From: Azolla caroliniana
Lineage: Eukaryota; Plantae; Polypodiophyta
DNA: 64,000 nt
Assembly: GCA_043228905.1 (NCBI GenBank)
Contig: JBHGNT010000008.1
Span: 8,618,001 to 8,682,000, forward strand
Direction: 5' to 3'
This document shows positions 24,584-36,962 of the stretch, piece by piece; position 1 is the stretch's first letter; each line of letters begins with the position of its first letter. A program made the translations under genes and the position numbers. The notes under the pieces are model-generated. The model did not search any database. It had not been told where the DNA came from and worked only from the letters and a program-made list of their open reading frames with translations.

Positions 24584-25036
24584 TCATTCCATCATATTAA
24601 CTGCTTCTGCATGTATAGGTAAACTCTGTTTGCTTGTTGTCACTTTGTTGTGCGTCGGAATCCTGACCTTAGTTTTTCCTTTCCTAAATGTTAGCACATT
24701 TTGTTTCCAATTTTGTTTAATATTAGCTGTCTTTAACCATCGTCTCCCCAATAACAAGGGGTATGCTCCCTGTGTTTCTAACTGCAAAATTACTGCCGAA
24801 ATCTGAAAACTGTGTCCCCCGATTATTACATCCAATTGTCGAAGCAAACCAATCGGGCGTACCGTACTTGTATCTGCCATTCGTAACCAAAACGGACATG
24901 CTTCCCATTCCGTGATTCCCATTTTTTCACATGTAGCTTTGTTGATCACATTAACTCCCGAGCCTCCATCTATAATCACATTTCCGATTTCTTGCCCGTA
25001 AAGTATTACCTTAATCGACGGATTCTGTTCATCCAT
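24584..25036 (-). CDS. Aspartic protease, in frame with gag after a single TAG
   Basis: VIIDGGSGVNVI and LLLGRRWL. Confidence 0.88.
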   Translation of the reverse strand: MDEQNPSIKVILYGQEIGNVIIDGGSGVNVINKATCEKMGITEWEACPFWLRMADTSTVRPIGLLRQLDVIIGGHSFQISAVILQLETQGAYPLLLGRRWLKTANIKQNWKQNVLTFRKGKTKVRIPTHNKVTTSKQSLPIHAEAVNMME

Positions 25037-25057
25037 GATCGAAGGGTTATTACTTGG

Positions 25058-27019
25058 CTAATTGTAGTGTACTGCTATTTGTTTGGAACCTTTATATGCA
25101 ATTAATGCTGCCACTTTTTCTGTAAACCTTGGTACTAACTTAAGTAAGCCCGTAAGTGGCAATGACACTTGGCAATCAGCCAACAGTTTCCAAGTTTCTT
25201 CCTGTTCCTTATTCCCCAATGACTGTTGTACAACGATGTTCTGGTCAATGTTATTGTCTTGTAACATTCGATTCACATTACTTTGATTTGCTTCGTCAAC
25301 CCATTCTTTTGCCGCCTTCCGAACTTCTTCCTGAATTTCCCACTCTGATTGTTTGCTTTTGCTGCGTGTCGTTACTTGCTGAACTTCCGGTATTACCATA
25401 TTAACTGATGGACCCTTTCCTTTAACCGGACATTGATTAGCATAATGGCCTAGTTGTCGACAAATATAACAAGTGGGTACAAATGTTGCACTGGTCTCTC
25501 CATGTGCAAATTGGCCGTTATTAAATTGTTGCTCTTCATTACCACTCGGGTTTTGTTGGTATTGACGTGTAGCTTTTGGTTTGTAAAATCTCTTGTTTTT
25601 ATACCGATTCTGCCTAAATTGTTCAGTATTATCATTTGGTTGTGCTACATTTTGTGTTATCCCGAACTCCTGATTTGGCGGAAAATTATTCTGTTGAAAC
25701 ATTTGATTATTTTGTGGAACGGTTTGAGTATTATGTTGAAAGGTCATATTACCCGGTTGAAATGCCGGATTTGGTTGAAATGTAGAATTCGGTTGCACAT
25801 TCGGACAGTTCTGTTGAAACCCTTGAAATGGTGGGTTACCTTGTTGGAAACTTTGATTATTTTGTTGAAAATATTGATTCGGATTCTGTACGAATGGTGG
25901 GTTGGATTGAGCAAAACCTGGTTGAAATGCTTGAGTCACTTGAGTGGGTTGCATATTTTGTTGTGAAAAGATCTGATTTGTCTGTAGAACCGGATTTTGT
26001 TGTACATTTTGCTGATTTTGTGAAAAATTATTATTTTGATAACCATTGAACAGATTAGTGTTATTTTGGTAACCATTGTCAGTAAAAATTTGTCGTACTG
26101 ACGCCGTAGTCTTATTAAGCAGATTATATTCACATTGTTCTACTGAATGTAATTTTGAATGACATATTGTACAATGTGTTCTTAAAGTACATTCAATTGC
26201 CGAATGCCCCGTATTTAAACAAGTGGTGCATTGAACTGCTTGTCGAAATTGTAACTCCTCTATTGTCGGTAATGTACGGTGTAATGCCGACATGTCCATA
26301 CTCTGAACATTGACCGGTGGTCGACCCATTTCTATTGCTTTATCAATTACTTGTTCGACAGTCTGATTTCGAAAATCGAACACTTTCAATGTCGTCCTTA
26401 ATGGTTCTTTTACAGCTTCCAGAAAGACTTCTTTTAATTCATTATCCGGAATCGGCCTTGAAATCTGAAGCTGTAAGTTCTGAAATCGTATCACAAACTG
26501 AGATACTGTTTCATTTTTTTCTTGATATAACGCATAAAATTGCGCAATCAAATCCTTCTGCGGAATTTGTTGATGAAATAATTGTAAAAATTTACTAGTT
26601 AACACTTCAAAGGATGGAAATCCTTGAAGACCGTTCTGCGCAAACCAATTGGCAGAATATCCGTCTAATGATAAGACGAACTCAGCGATTTTTGACTTAT
26701 CTTCGGCATCTACCGACAATCGCTGAGCTCCATGGTTAATCTCCCATGTCGTTAAGAAATCCCTAACATGTGCTTCCGCATCTGTTCCTTCCCGGAACTT
26801 AGAATAAGTATAAGGCATATCGTCCCAAATGTCGTAAAACGATACCTCTTCCGTCTGTTTTTCGTCTGAAGGTAATTGATCGGATAAGTCAGGAAGTTTC
26901 GACCACTTTGTGCTTGATTCCGGCTGTTCTTGCGCAATGAACGCTTCCTGCACTGCCTTCGTAACTGACCTTGTACGAGGGCGCTTACAACTGACCGGTG
27001 TCTCCTCTTTATACGACAT
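25058..27019 (-). CDS. gag: Gag (capsid, 3 CCHC knuckles, Q/N-rich domain)
   Basis: LDGYSANWF, YQEKNETVSQFVIRF; CTTCLNTGHSAIEC, CTICHSKLHSVEQC, CYICRQLGHYANQC. Confidence 0.92.
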   Translation of the reverse strand: MSYKEETPVSCKRPRTRSVTKAVQEAFIAQEQPESSTKWSKLPDLSDQLPSDEKQTEEVSFYDIWDDMPYTYSKFREGTDAEAHVRDFLTTWEINHGAQRLSVDAEDKSKIAEFVLSLDGYSANWFAQNGLQGFPSFEVLTSKFLQLFHQQIPQKDLIAQFYALYQEKNETVSQFVIRFQNLQLQISRPIPDNELKEVFLEAVKEPLRTTLKVFDFRNQTVEQVIDKAIEMGRPPVNVQSMDMSALHRTLPTIEELQFRQAVQCTTCLNTGHSAIECTLRTHCTICHSKLHSVEQCEYNLLNKTTASVRQIFTDNGYQNNTNLFNGYQNNNFSQNQQNVQQNPVLQTNQIFSQQNMQPTQVTQAFQPGFAQSNPPFVQNPNQYFQQNNQSFQQGNPPFQGFQQNCPNVQPNSTFQPNPAFQPGNMTFQHNTQTVPQNNQMFQQNNFPPNQEFGITQNVAQPNDNTEQFRQNRYKNKRFYKPKATRQYQQNPSGNEEQQFNNGQFAHGETSATFVPTCYICRQLGHYANQCPVKGKGPSVNMVIPEVQQVTTRSKSKQSEWEIQEEVRKAAKEWVDEANQSNVNRMLQDNNIDQNIVVQQSLGNKEQEETWKLLADCQVSLPLTGLLKLVPRFTEKVAALIAYKGSKQIAVHYN

Positions 27020-27054
27020 CCATTCGATTTGTTCTCTGCTTAATTGCAGATGTA

Positions 27055-27067
27055 ACCGGGCGTGCCA
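27055..27067 (-). promoter_or_regulatory. PBS, tRNA-Arg(UCU)-type
   Basis: TGGCACGCCCGGT, 11 nt from the LTR; complementary to recalled tRNA-Arg end ...CCCACCGGGCGTGCCA. Confidence 0.8.
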
Positions 27068-27078
27068 AAATTCTTCTG

Positions 27079-27535
27079 TGTTAATCGGCTAATTACTAAC
27101 TACTACCGATACAGAAGAGTGAACGTCGCTACTCAACGTTCTAACAAGGAATTGTGTTTTACGAACGGAATTATACTATATTAATCGGTAATTACCGTGA
27201 TCGTTACTTAGTTATAAATTAGGAAGCTTGCACTTAACAACATAGACAATAGAAAGAACACAGAATCCGTACAGGATATTCCTAACTTAAACTTATATTA
27301 CTAAATAAAACGACCTTTCTTACAATGCCTTCGGTTCCCTTTTATAGGTATACCGAAGGTCTTTTCTCATCAAGAACTATTCCTACTTACTATCAAGAAT
27401 TACAAAATTATCTAACTAACTTAGTTCTCTTTGTTTACTGCTGAGTCATTGATCCGAACAGTTGATCCGAACCGACTCCGTTTTCGACGCTTTCCCACTT
27501 GTTCGGTAAAACTGACTGTCCGGGTCCGGGTAACA
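27079..27535 (-). repeat. 5' LTR
   Basis: Direct repeat of 18195-18651. Confidence 0.97.
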
Positions 27536-28317
27536 CTAACCAATGCACCCACAGTTTTCTAGCACATGGCAAATGATATATTCAAAGATCTCTTGGATAT
27601 TTGTTTGATCATCTATTTGGATGATCTATTGATTTATTCGAAGACGCAGGAGGAGCATGATTCTCATGTACTATTAGTACTAAAACGACTCCGAGAGCAT
27701 GGTCTTTATGCCAAACTAGAAAAATGTAGCTTTGATTGCAAGCAAGTGGAATTTCTAGGCTACATCATCTCCTCAAAAGGCATCTCCATGGATCTAGCTA
27801 AAGTCCAAACCGTGCTAGAGTGGCAAACTCCACGTTCGTTATGAGATGTACAATTTTTCCTAGGCTTTGCTAACTTCTACTGCAAGTTTCTACAAGATTA
27901 CTCGAAGATTATTTTACCTCTCACACAACTTACCAAGAAGGGACAATCATTTCTTTGGTCCAATGAAGTGGACATGGCTTTATGCATCTTAAGAAAGCCT
28001 TTACATCAGCTCCTATTCTAGCTCATGTGGATACAAACAAATCATACATCATGGAGGCCGACGCATTGGATTTCGCCCTCAAGTTTGATGCCGCAAATCC
28101 TGTGGCTTTCCACTCCCGCAAATTTGATGCCGCGGAAATTAACTACGAGATACATGACAAAGAGTTATTAGCCATCGTGGATTCGTTTGTGCAATGGCAG
28201 CACTTCTTAGAGGGTTCTCCTCATCAGGTCATCATCTTCAGTGATCACAAAAATCTTGGTCACTTCTAGAACATTCGTGTACTAAAGCGACGGCAAGCTT
28301 GGTGGGCCCAATTCCTC

Positions 28318-29968
28318 ATGTATTTTGACTTCAAAATCACATATTGGCCGGGGAAGCAACAAGGAAAAGCATATGCATTATCGCGATGTTCATACCTTGC
28401 ATCTAGTCTGGGTGATCCAGCATTTGATAATCAAAAGCAAGTAATCTTGGAACCAACACGTATGCACACAATGCGGATTTTTCACACTCCACTAGATTCC
28501 CGGATTATCAATGCCATATGTGCCAACTTGAAGACAGATAGTTTTGCTCGAGCCATTCTAGCGCAAATTGATGCCTCTTTGGCATCCTGTTCCCAATCTC
28601 AACCAGGTATGGACTACCGACAATTCGAATATCATGATGGTTTATTATTCTTTACAAAGCGCGTGTATGTTCCCGATTGCTCCTATCACTCTCAAATCGT
28701 CCAAAATTGTCATGCCACCCATACAGTTGGACATTTTGTTAGTACTAAGACGTTGGAACTAGTTCGACGATCCTTTTGGTGGCCCCATATGCGACGTTTT
28801 GTCGACGACTATGTTCGGACTTGTGATGCTTGTTGCCGAGCAAAGATGCTACGACATCATCCATATGGCTTGTTGGAATCCTTACCAATTCCAAGTAAGC
28901 CGTGGCAGTCCATTTGTCTTGATTTGATCATAGATCTTCCAGTCTCGAAGGGTTTTGATGCTATCTTAACCTTCGTCGATCGATATACTAAGATGACACA
29001 TTTTGTGCCTTGTACTAAGGCCATCACTAGTGAGGAAACCGTAGCCCTTGTCATGCGTGAGGTATTTCAGCATCATGGCCTCTCAAACAATATCATCAGT
29101 GACCGAGGACTTCAATTCGTCTCCAAATTTTGGAAGCATCTCTTCAAGATGCTCAAGGTCTCTTGCAACCTGTCCTCTAGCTACCTTCCCCAAACCGATG
29201 GGCAAGCGGAACGAACAAATCAAACACTTGAACAATATCTTCGGTGTTTTCTAAGTTATCAACAAGACGATTGGGCTGATATTCTCCAGTTTGAGGAGTT
29301 TGCACATAACAACGCTATTCACTCCTCGACTCAGGTCTCACCATTTTCCGCTTATAACGGTTCTCATCCTCGTTGGTCTGTGATCGACACTTCGAAGCTA
29401 CCTACCAATCCTCGTGCCGAGGATCATCTGGAGAGGCTACGCAAGGTTCAGACGGATCTATCTAGTCATCTTTGTCATGCTGAACACACTCAGAAGACTT
29501 ATGCAGATTGTTATCGGCTTCACTCCGCTTTTGCCATTGGAGATCGAGTATGGCTCTTACATCGTCACATCAAGACAACTCAACCGTGCAACAAATTGGA
29601 TTATCGATGCCTCGGTCCTTTCCGTATTACCGGCAAGATTAATGATGTGACATTCCGCCTTGATCTTCCTTTGCACCTTCAGATACATCCGATGTTCCAT
29701 AGTTCTCTTCTTGAACCTTATCATGCCAACACTATTCCTGATCGTGTTACACCACCGCCGCCCCCGCTTGAGTTGGACAACCGCCCGAAGTATGAAGTTG
29801 CTGCCGTCCTCGATTCCAAGTTTTGTTTGCAACAAACTTTATTATTTCGTCGATTGGCTCGACTATAGTCCGAGGGAACATACTTGGGAACCTGTCGAGC
29901 ATGTCGCCAATGCTCAACATCTTCTTGTTGATTTCCACCGAAAGTATCCGGACAAAACCGGTCCACAA
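28318..29968 (+). pseudogene. pol: Chromoviral integrase plus frameshifted chromodomain
   Basis: H..GH...CDAC, LDLI, SDRGLQF, QTDGQAER, LGPFRI; chromodomain in the frame of ORF 29660-30019. Confidence 0.9.
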
Positions 29969-31573
29969 TCAACGCCGACTCGTGACATGACACTCGTCGT
30001 CTTAAGGGGGGGGAGATAGTGTAATGATATGGCAAGAGTCGAACCCATAACCTTATGTTATATGGGTCAAGATCTTGACCATTACATTATCTATTGTAAT
30101 ATATAGGATATATTTTCATTTAAATTTTACTATAGAAAATTATTGTATATTCGAGATTTCTCTCACATAGCAAAGGCAATCGACAAAGAAATATAGTGGA
30201 GAGCAACGGTTCAGGAGGAGAGAGCTCGGTTCCAAGTCCGACAACACTTCGTCCTCCGCCCAAAAATGCCATGTCCTTTTGCCTTCTCCCCTCCCTTTTA
30301 TGGGTCGCCCAGGATGTTGTTACATCAATCTCCTCAACTTTATTCTATGTCTCCTTGGATTAGAGATTCACATCAATTCCCTAGACAATCAATACCCTTC
30401 CTAGTACATATGCACATCAGCCGATCTATTCCTAGCTATGTACAATTCATAAACACACACACATGCGAAAAGGATTGGGTCACGCCTCCCCCCCCTTGAT
30501 TCCTCCTAGGGGCGGTTTTCTCCACGACATCCACCCCCAGCAAACCGCACGTCCACTGGTACATGTCAAGTAGGAACAACCTTGGCGGAAACCGGCCCTA
30601 GATCACTCGTTGTTTTCCGAACCCTCGCCTTCCCCGATTCGGGCGTCGTTGCCACCATCGCTCACCGGGTTCGGTTCACCCTCGTGCCACTTCTTGAACA
30701 TCTTGACCCTCTTGCCGGTCACCGGTACCGCTATTCGTGCCCCATCGAGCTCCCCGAGATGATACGTGTCGTTGTCGTTCGCGCTTGTCACCGTGTAGGG
30801 CCCGAACCATCTCCTCGTAAATTTACGCACCGCCTTGTGCTGATTATCGAGACTACAGTCGTACACCAACACCCAGTCGCCTTCCTCGATCTTCTTCAGT
30901 CTCAACCGGTGTGTTCGGTCAAACTGGCTTTTGTTCCTTTCACACGTCGTGCGTAGCTTCGCCATCACCTGCTCCACGTCCTCCGATCTTCGCTCGAGCT
31001 GTCGAATCCGCGCCGCCAACAACTCTTCCCGGCTCATCTCATCCTTCCAGTCCACCGTGACCCATGAAGTGATCGTCCATTCCACCAACATAATTAGTTT
31101 CTGCCCGTACATCAACTCCACCGGCATGAACCCTGTCACCAAACTATGCGTAGTCCGGTCTGCCCACAGCGCATAGGGTAGAAGCCGCGGCCAATTCCCG
31201 ACTTGCCCTTCACATGCTCGTACCAAAGCCTTCACGATCGGTCCGTGTCCGTGTTCTACCTTCCTGTTCGCCTCCGGATTGTACGTCGTAGTGAGGGAGA
31301 GCTTGACCCCTAACCGGTCGAAGAGCTCCTCAGCTTCCTGTGCATCCAGCTCTCCCCGATCCGCCACGATTTTCCCTACGCATCTGTACAGGCACACTAC
31401 CTCTTCGATTAGGAACCAGCACACCGCTGCAGTCGTCTTGTTCGTCAGTGCGTGGCCTTCCACTTCGTTCGTTAAATCTTCCAGCACAAGCACCAGATAC
31501 CGCATCTGCCCTACACCCATCGGCATTGTCACTAAGTCCACCATCCATTTGAAGTGGATGGTCGGTGGGTAGG

Positions 31574-34500
31574 TGACAGGAACTACACGCTCCCAATGAA
31601 CAAAGCTCGGCCATAACCGAGCTTAGAATCAAACACATAAAAAAGAAACGGGAATGAATGCACGACACAATGGAGAGAAGAGTACACAGGATGTTTACGT
31701 GGAAAACCCAAACACGGGAAAAACCATGGCAGTCCACAGACTGCTAACTATCACTATGTAACAATATACAATAGATGAACACAGGGGCAACGACCTCTTG
31801 TTCACTGTCTTCGCCACAGGTGGTGGTTACAACAAAGGCAACGACCTCTTCTTCTCTCTCTTTCTCTCTGTACACTGTTACGCACTCTAATCTTGTGCAA
31901 ACAAGAAAGACCACAACTCTAATGTTTGCCCTAAGTCATATTTATACTAATATGACTTTTCAGCTATTTACAAATATAGCCCCGATGGACCCTCAGAAAC
32001 ATATTTACGAATATGTCCCTTTATCCGGTGAACTCTCCTCATCGGGCCTGCATCATCCGGCAAGCAACCGGGCCTGCATCATCCGGCGCTTGTCGGGCAC
32101 TCATCATCCGGTTCTCGCCGGGTCTTCCGTTTCCCGGTACTCCTCACCCGGTTCTCACCGGGTCTTCTGTAGCCGGGTACTCGTCATCCGGTTCTCACCG
32201 GGTCATCCGTAGCCAGGTACTCCTCATCCGGAGGGACCTGTTTCCTAACAAACTCCCCCTTCACTCCGGCATGGGGTGTCTTACTAGTCTGACCCGATTC
32301 CGACATGCATGCAGCTTGTCAGGTGTCAGTACTTTGGTGAGCATATCTGACCCGTTCTCGGCCGTGTGGATCTTCGTCAACGCGAACTCCTGGTCATCTA
32401 CTTTTTCCCGGATCCAGTGATACCTTCATTGGATATGCTTCGTTTGGGAATGGTAGGCCACATACTTAGCAAGGGGGATGGCACTTTGACTGTCGCAATA
32501 GAGCCGGTATTCATCTTGCCGGATACCGAGCTCTCCAATGAAGTCCTTCATCCATAATATTTCCTTGCCGGCTTCCACAGCCGCCATGTACTCTGCCTCC
32601 GTGGTTGACAACACAACCGTCTTCTGTAGCCTCGACTGCCACGCACACAACTCTCCCTGCATATGTCATAACATACCCGGATATAGACCGATTGGTATCC
32701 ACATCAGCTGACATGTCCGAATCGCTAAAACTGTCAAGTTGAGGTTTTCCGGAGCCAAATTGGAGACACATATTCTAAGTGCCCTTCAAGTACCGGAGTA
32801 TCCATTTGACTGCGATCTAGTGCTCCTTGCCGGGATTGCTCATGAACCGGCTCACCACTCCGACTGCGTATCCTATATCTGGTCGAGTACACACCATTGC
32901 GTACATTAAGCTCCCGACGGCAGAGGCATATGGAACCTTCATCATATCAGCCTTCTCTACTTTCGTCTTTGGGCTTTGCTTGCCGGATAATTTGCAGTTT
33001 CCCGGGAGTGTCGATTCGACCGGTTTCGCTTCTAACATGTTGAACCGCTCAACCATCTTTGTCACGTATTTCTCCTATGACAGCCACAATTGCTTCGTTG
33101 ACCGGTTCCGGATGATATGCATCCCCAGCATCTGTCTTGCCGGACCCAAGTCTTACATTGCGAAAGTTCGGTTGAGAGCCTTCTTCAACATCCGTATTCT
33201 GGCTTGGTCCCGTCCGATGATCAACATGTCGTCTCCTTCGAACTTCTTCACAAAAATGCAGTGATCGGCCTACGTCTTGTGGTACCCTTGATTGGTCATG
33301 AAGGAGTCGAACTTCCGGTACCATTGTCGGAGAGCCTGCTTCAGTCCATACAGGCTCTTCTTCAACCGGCAAACCAGGTGCTCCTTCCCTTTTTCCATGA
33401 ATCCTTCCGGTTGCTGCATGTAGAACTCCTCTTAGAGGTCACCGTGAAGGAATGCCGTCTTCACGTCCAGTTGCTCTACCTCGAGGTCCATGCTTGCCGC
33501 TATACTCAGCACCGTCCGGATGGAGGTCATCTTTACTACCGGGGAAAATATCTCGTCGAAGTCCACGCCCTTCTTCTGTTGGAACCCCTTCACCACGATC
33601 CTGGCTTTGTATCTCGGGGGGTTGCCGACATCTCCCGGTTTCAACTTGTACACCCACTTGTTCCGGAGTGCCCGCTTTCCTTTCGGCAACTCCACCAATT
33701 CGTACGTATGGTTCTCATGCAGGGAATCCATCTCATCCTCCATGGCACTTAACCATTTGCGGCTGTGGGTGTCATCCTTCGCCTCTACGAAGCTTTCTGG
33801 GTCCCCCTCATCGGTTAGGAGCACATGCTCTGCATTCGGAAATCTCCGGGGGGGCCTTCTCTCTCTGAGAGGATATCTCCGTCTTTGGGCTTCGGTAACC
33901 GGCCCTTCCATTTGCTCTTCATCTGAATCCGAATCGGGGTCTTGGCCGGTTCCGGTTTCTGCTTCCTCTACTTCTTCTTCTGCCGGTTCGGTATCCTCAC
34001 CATAACCGGCTGGTTCCTCGAGTGTTAACCGGTCTCTTGTCGGTTGGGTCTGCTCCTCGTAGAATCGATCCTTATTGGTCGACTCGGAGTTCATTATCTT
34101 CTTCTCCGACTCCCAATCGGCGAGCGTCTTGTCCTCCATGAAGATAATATCTCGACTCCGGAATACCTTCTTGTCGACCAGGTGCCACACTCGGTAGCCG
34201 AACTCATCGTCGCCGTAACCGAGAAATATGCATGGCCGGGTCTTCGGATCTAGGTTTCCTCTACGGTCCTTAGCTACATGCACATACGCAAGACACCCGA
34301 ATACCTTCAGATGCCGGTAGGATACTTCCTTACCGGTCCATACTCTCTATGGCGTGTCTCCGTCCAAGGGTACTGATGGTGATCTGTTTATCACATATGT
34401 CGCTGTCGACAGTGCCTCAGCCCAAAACTTCTTGGGTAGTTTTGCACGCGCCAGCATACTCCGGACCCTCTCCATTATGGTCCGGTTCATCCTCTCGGCC

Positions 34501-36962
34501 AGCCCGTTTAGTTCCGGCGTCTTCGGCACGGTAAATTTGAGCCAGATTCCCTTCGAGCGACAATACTCCTCGAACTGCCCCCGGTATTCTCCTCCGTTAT
34601 CTGCTCGAACCGCCTTCAACCTACGGCCGGTTTCTCTTTCCACTCTCGCGTGGAGCTCTTTGAAGACGGATAACACCTGATCCTTCGTCTTCAACGGTGT
34701 GGCCCACAACTTCCGGCTGTGGTCATCTATGAACATCACAAAGTACTGCGATCCGGCATGTGACTTCGTGTCCACTTGACATACATCAGTATGCACAACT
34801 CCAGTGGTGCATTACGTCTGATCGGTGGCCTTGATCGGAAGGAGGTCCGGTTTTGTTTACCATCCAGACAATCAGTGCACTTCTCCAAGTGCACGTTCTT
34901 CATTGGAATGAGGTTATCGTCTGCAAGCCTCTTCATACCCTTCTTGCTTATGTGACACAGGCTCTTGTGCCACAGCTCATCGGCAGTGTCGAATGCCACG
35001 TTCACTTCTTCCGGGCATAACCGGGCATTCATCAGGTACAACGTGTTGACCTTCCGGGCCCGAGCCACAATCAGGCTCCCTTTGCTGAACTTCATAACAC
35101 CGTTCCGGATGCTACCCGTGTAGCCTTCATCATCTAGCCGACCGGCTGATATCAGGTTCAGACGAACCTCCGGAACGTGTTGGACATCCTTCAGCAGCAG
35201 CTTGCATCCGGTTGGTGTTGTCAACCACATGTTTCCTATGCCGACAATTCGGCATGTACCTTCATTCCCCATCCGGACACAGCCATGATCACCGGCTGAA
35301 TAGGATGAGAAGCATTTCCGGTCCGGGGTAAGGTGGAACGACGCTACGGAGTCGACCACCCAGGTCATCTCGTCGCGGGCAAGGTTTAGCTCACTCTCCT
35401 CGGTGATGAACATCAACTCTTCTTCACTTGCCGCGATTGCCATCATTCCCTTCAGGTCCATTCCCCTTTGGTCTTTACCATTCCGGTCCGGTGTCTGCTT
35501 CAAATCGGTACCGTTGGTTTCCTTGTATTTTCGGAAATGCCGATAGTTCTTTTGGAAGTGTCCCGGGCTGCCGCAATAGAAGCAAGTAGGCCTCCCCCTT
35601 GACTTTGACCGTGTCCCTGGTTTTTCCCGGTTCTGGGGGCTACGGTTCCTTTGTCTTCCGCGTTCCGATTCGGTAAGGAGTGCTTTGGAATCGGAGCTCG
35701 TATCCTTATCTTTCCGACGCGCCTCCTCATCTAGCAAGCTCGACTTCACTCTTGCTAGGGATAACCGTTTCCCTTCCGGCCCGGCGTTGCCCAAAGTGAC
35801 AACCAACGTCTCCCAGCTATCTGGGAGGGAACCGAGTAGGAGTAGCTCTAGTACCTCATCGGCGAGAGGTACTTCCAATGATGTTGCCTGGTGGATCAGC
35901 CCCTGAAAGGCATTCATGTGCTCCGCCATGCTGGAGCCGTCTTGGTACCAGAGTCTTACTAGCTTCCGAAATACCAAAACCTGATTAACAACATTTTTGT
36001 TTTGAAACATAATGCCGATCTTCTCCCAGAGCTCATGAGCCTTGCTCTCTTCATTGAAGTTGTTGTATAGACTCATGTCGATGAAGTACCGTATGTACGC
36101 CGTTGTCTTCATGTGCAACACCTCCCATATCGTGGCGTCGATGTTGTCCGGTCTCTTGTCCCCGAACTGAACCGACAACCAAAGATCTTTAACCACGAGC
36201 ATGTCCCTCATCTTCGACTTTACACTGAATAGTTAGAGCCGGTGAGATTGAACATGCCTTCCAACGATTCGTCCATTTTCTGTGTTGTTTCGCTCTAATA
36301 CCACTTTGACAGGAACTACACGCTCCCGATGAACAACGCTCGGCCACAACCGAGCTTAGAATCAAACACAGCAAAAAAACGGGAATAAATGCACGACACA
36401 ATGGAGAGAAGAGTACACAGGATGTTTACGTGGAAAACCCAAACACGGGAAAAACCACGGTAGTCCACAGACTGCTAACTATCACTATGTAACAATATAC
36501 AATAGATGAACATAGAGGCAACGACCTCTTGTTCATTGTCTTCGCCACAGGCGGTCGTTACAACAAAGGCAACAACCTCTTCTTCTCTCTCTCTCTCTCT
36601 CTCTGTACACTGTTACGCGCTCTAATCTTGCGCCAACAAGAAAGACCACAACTCTAATGTTTGCCCTAAGTCATATTTATACTAATATGACTTTTCGGCT
36701 ATTTACAAATATAGCCCCGATGGACTCTTAGAAACATATTTACGAATATGTCCCTTCATCCGGTGAACACTCCTCACCGGGCCTATTTCATCCGGCGCTT
36801 GCCGGGCACTCATCCGGTTCTCACCGGGTCTTCTGTTTCCGGGTACTCGTCTTCCGTAGTCGGGTACTCGTCATCCGGTTCTCACCGGGTCTTCATCGTT
36901 CGGTTCTCACCGGGTCATTCGTAGCCGGGTACTCCTTATCCGGAGGGACCTGTTTCGTAACA
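31574..36962 (-). mobile_element. Full-length decayed Copia A2
   Basis: LTRs 31574-32250 and 36307-36962; TSD GTAGG; PBS TGGTATTAGAGC; PPT; gag-PR-INT-RT-RH order with stops. Confidence 0.96.

Larger units (their letters stand above)
18195..27535 (-). mobile_element. Young full-length non-chromovirus Ty3/Gypsy element with extra 3' ORF, inserted in the Tcn1-like RT
   Basis: LTRs 18195-18651 and 27079-27535 (457 bp, 3 C/T differences); TSD CTAAC; host RT rejoins FNLT|NAP. Confidence 0.97.
15477..30160 (+). mobile_element. Tcn1-like chromovirus: 5' LTR 15477-15913, truncated 3' LTR 30020-~30160
   Basis: Termini TGTCATGA...TCATGACA; gag LLSGSALAWF, knuckle CLYCGGPGHIAINC, protease ALLDS, RT PPWGPIY/FTKIDLR/YLDD, integrase, chromodomain VDWLDY...HTWEP; PPT ~30004-30016. 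Confidence 0.92.

Noticed and set aside
18195-27535. Element actually plus-oriented with its PBS at 18654
   Set aside because: LTR TATA and all ORFs are on minus, a better PBS precedes gag, and plus orientation has no PPT either
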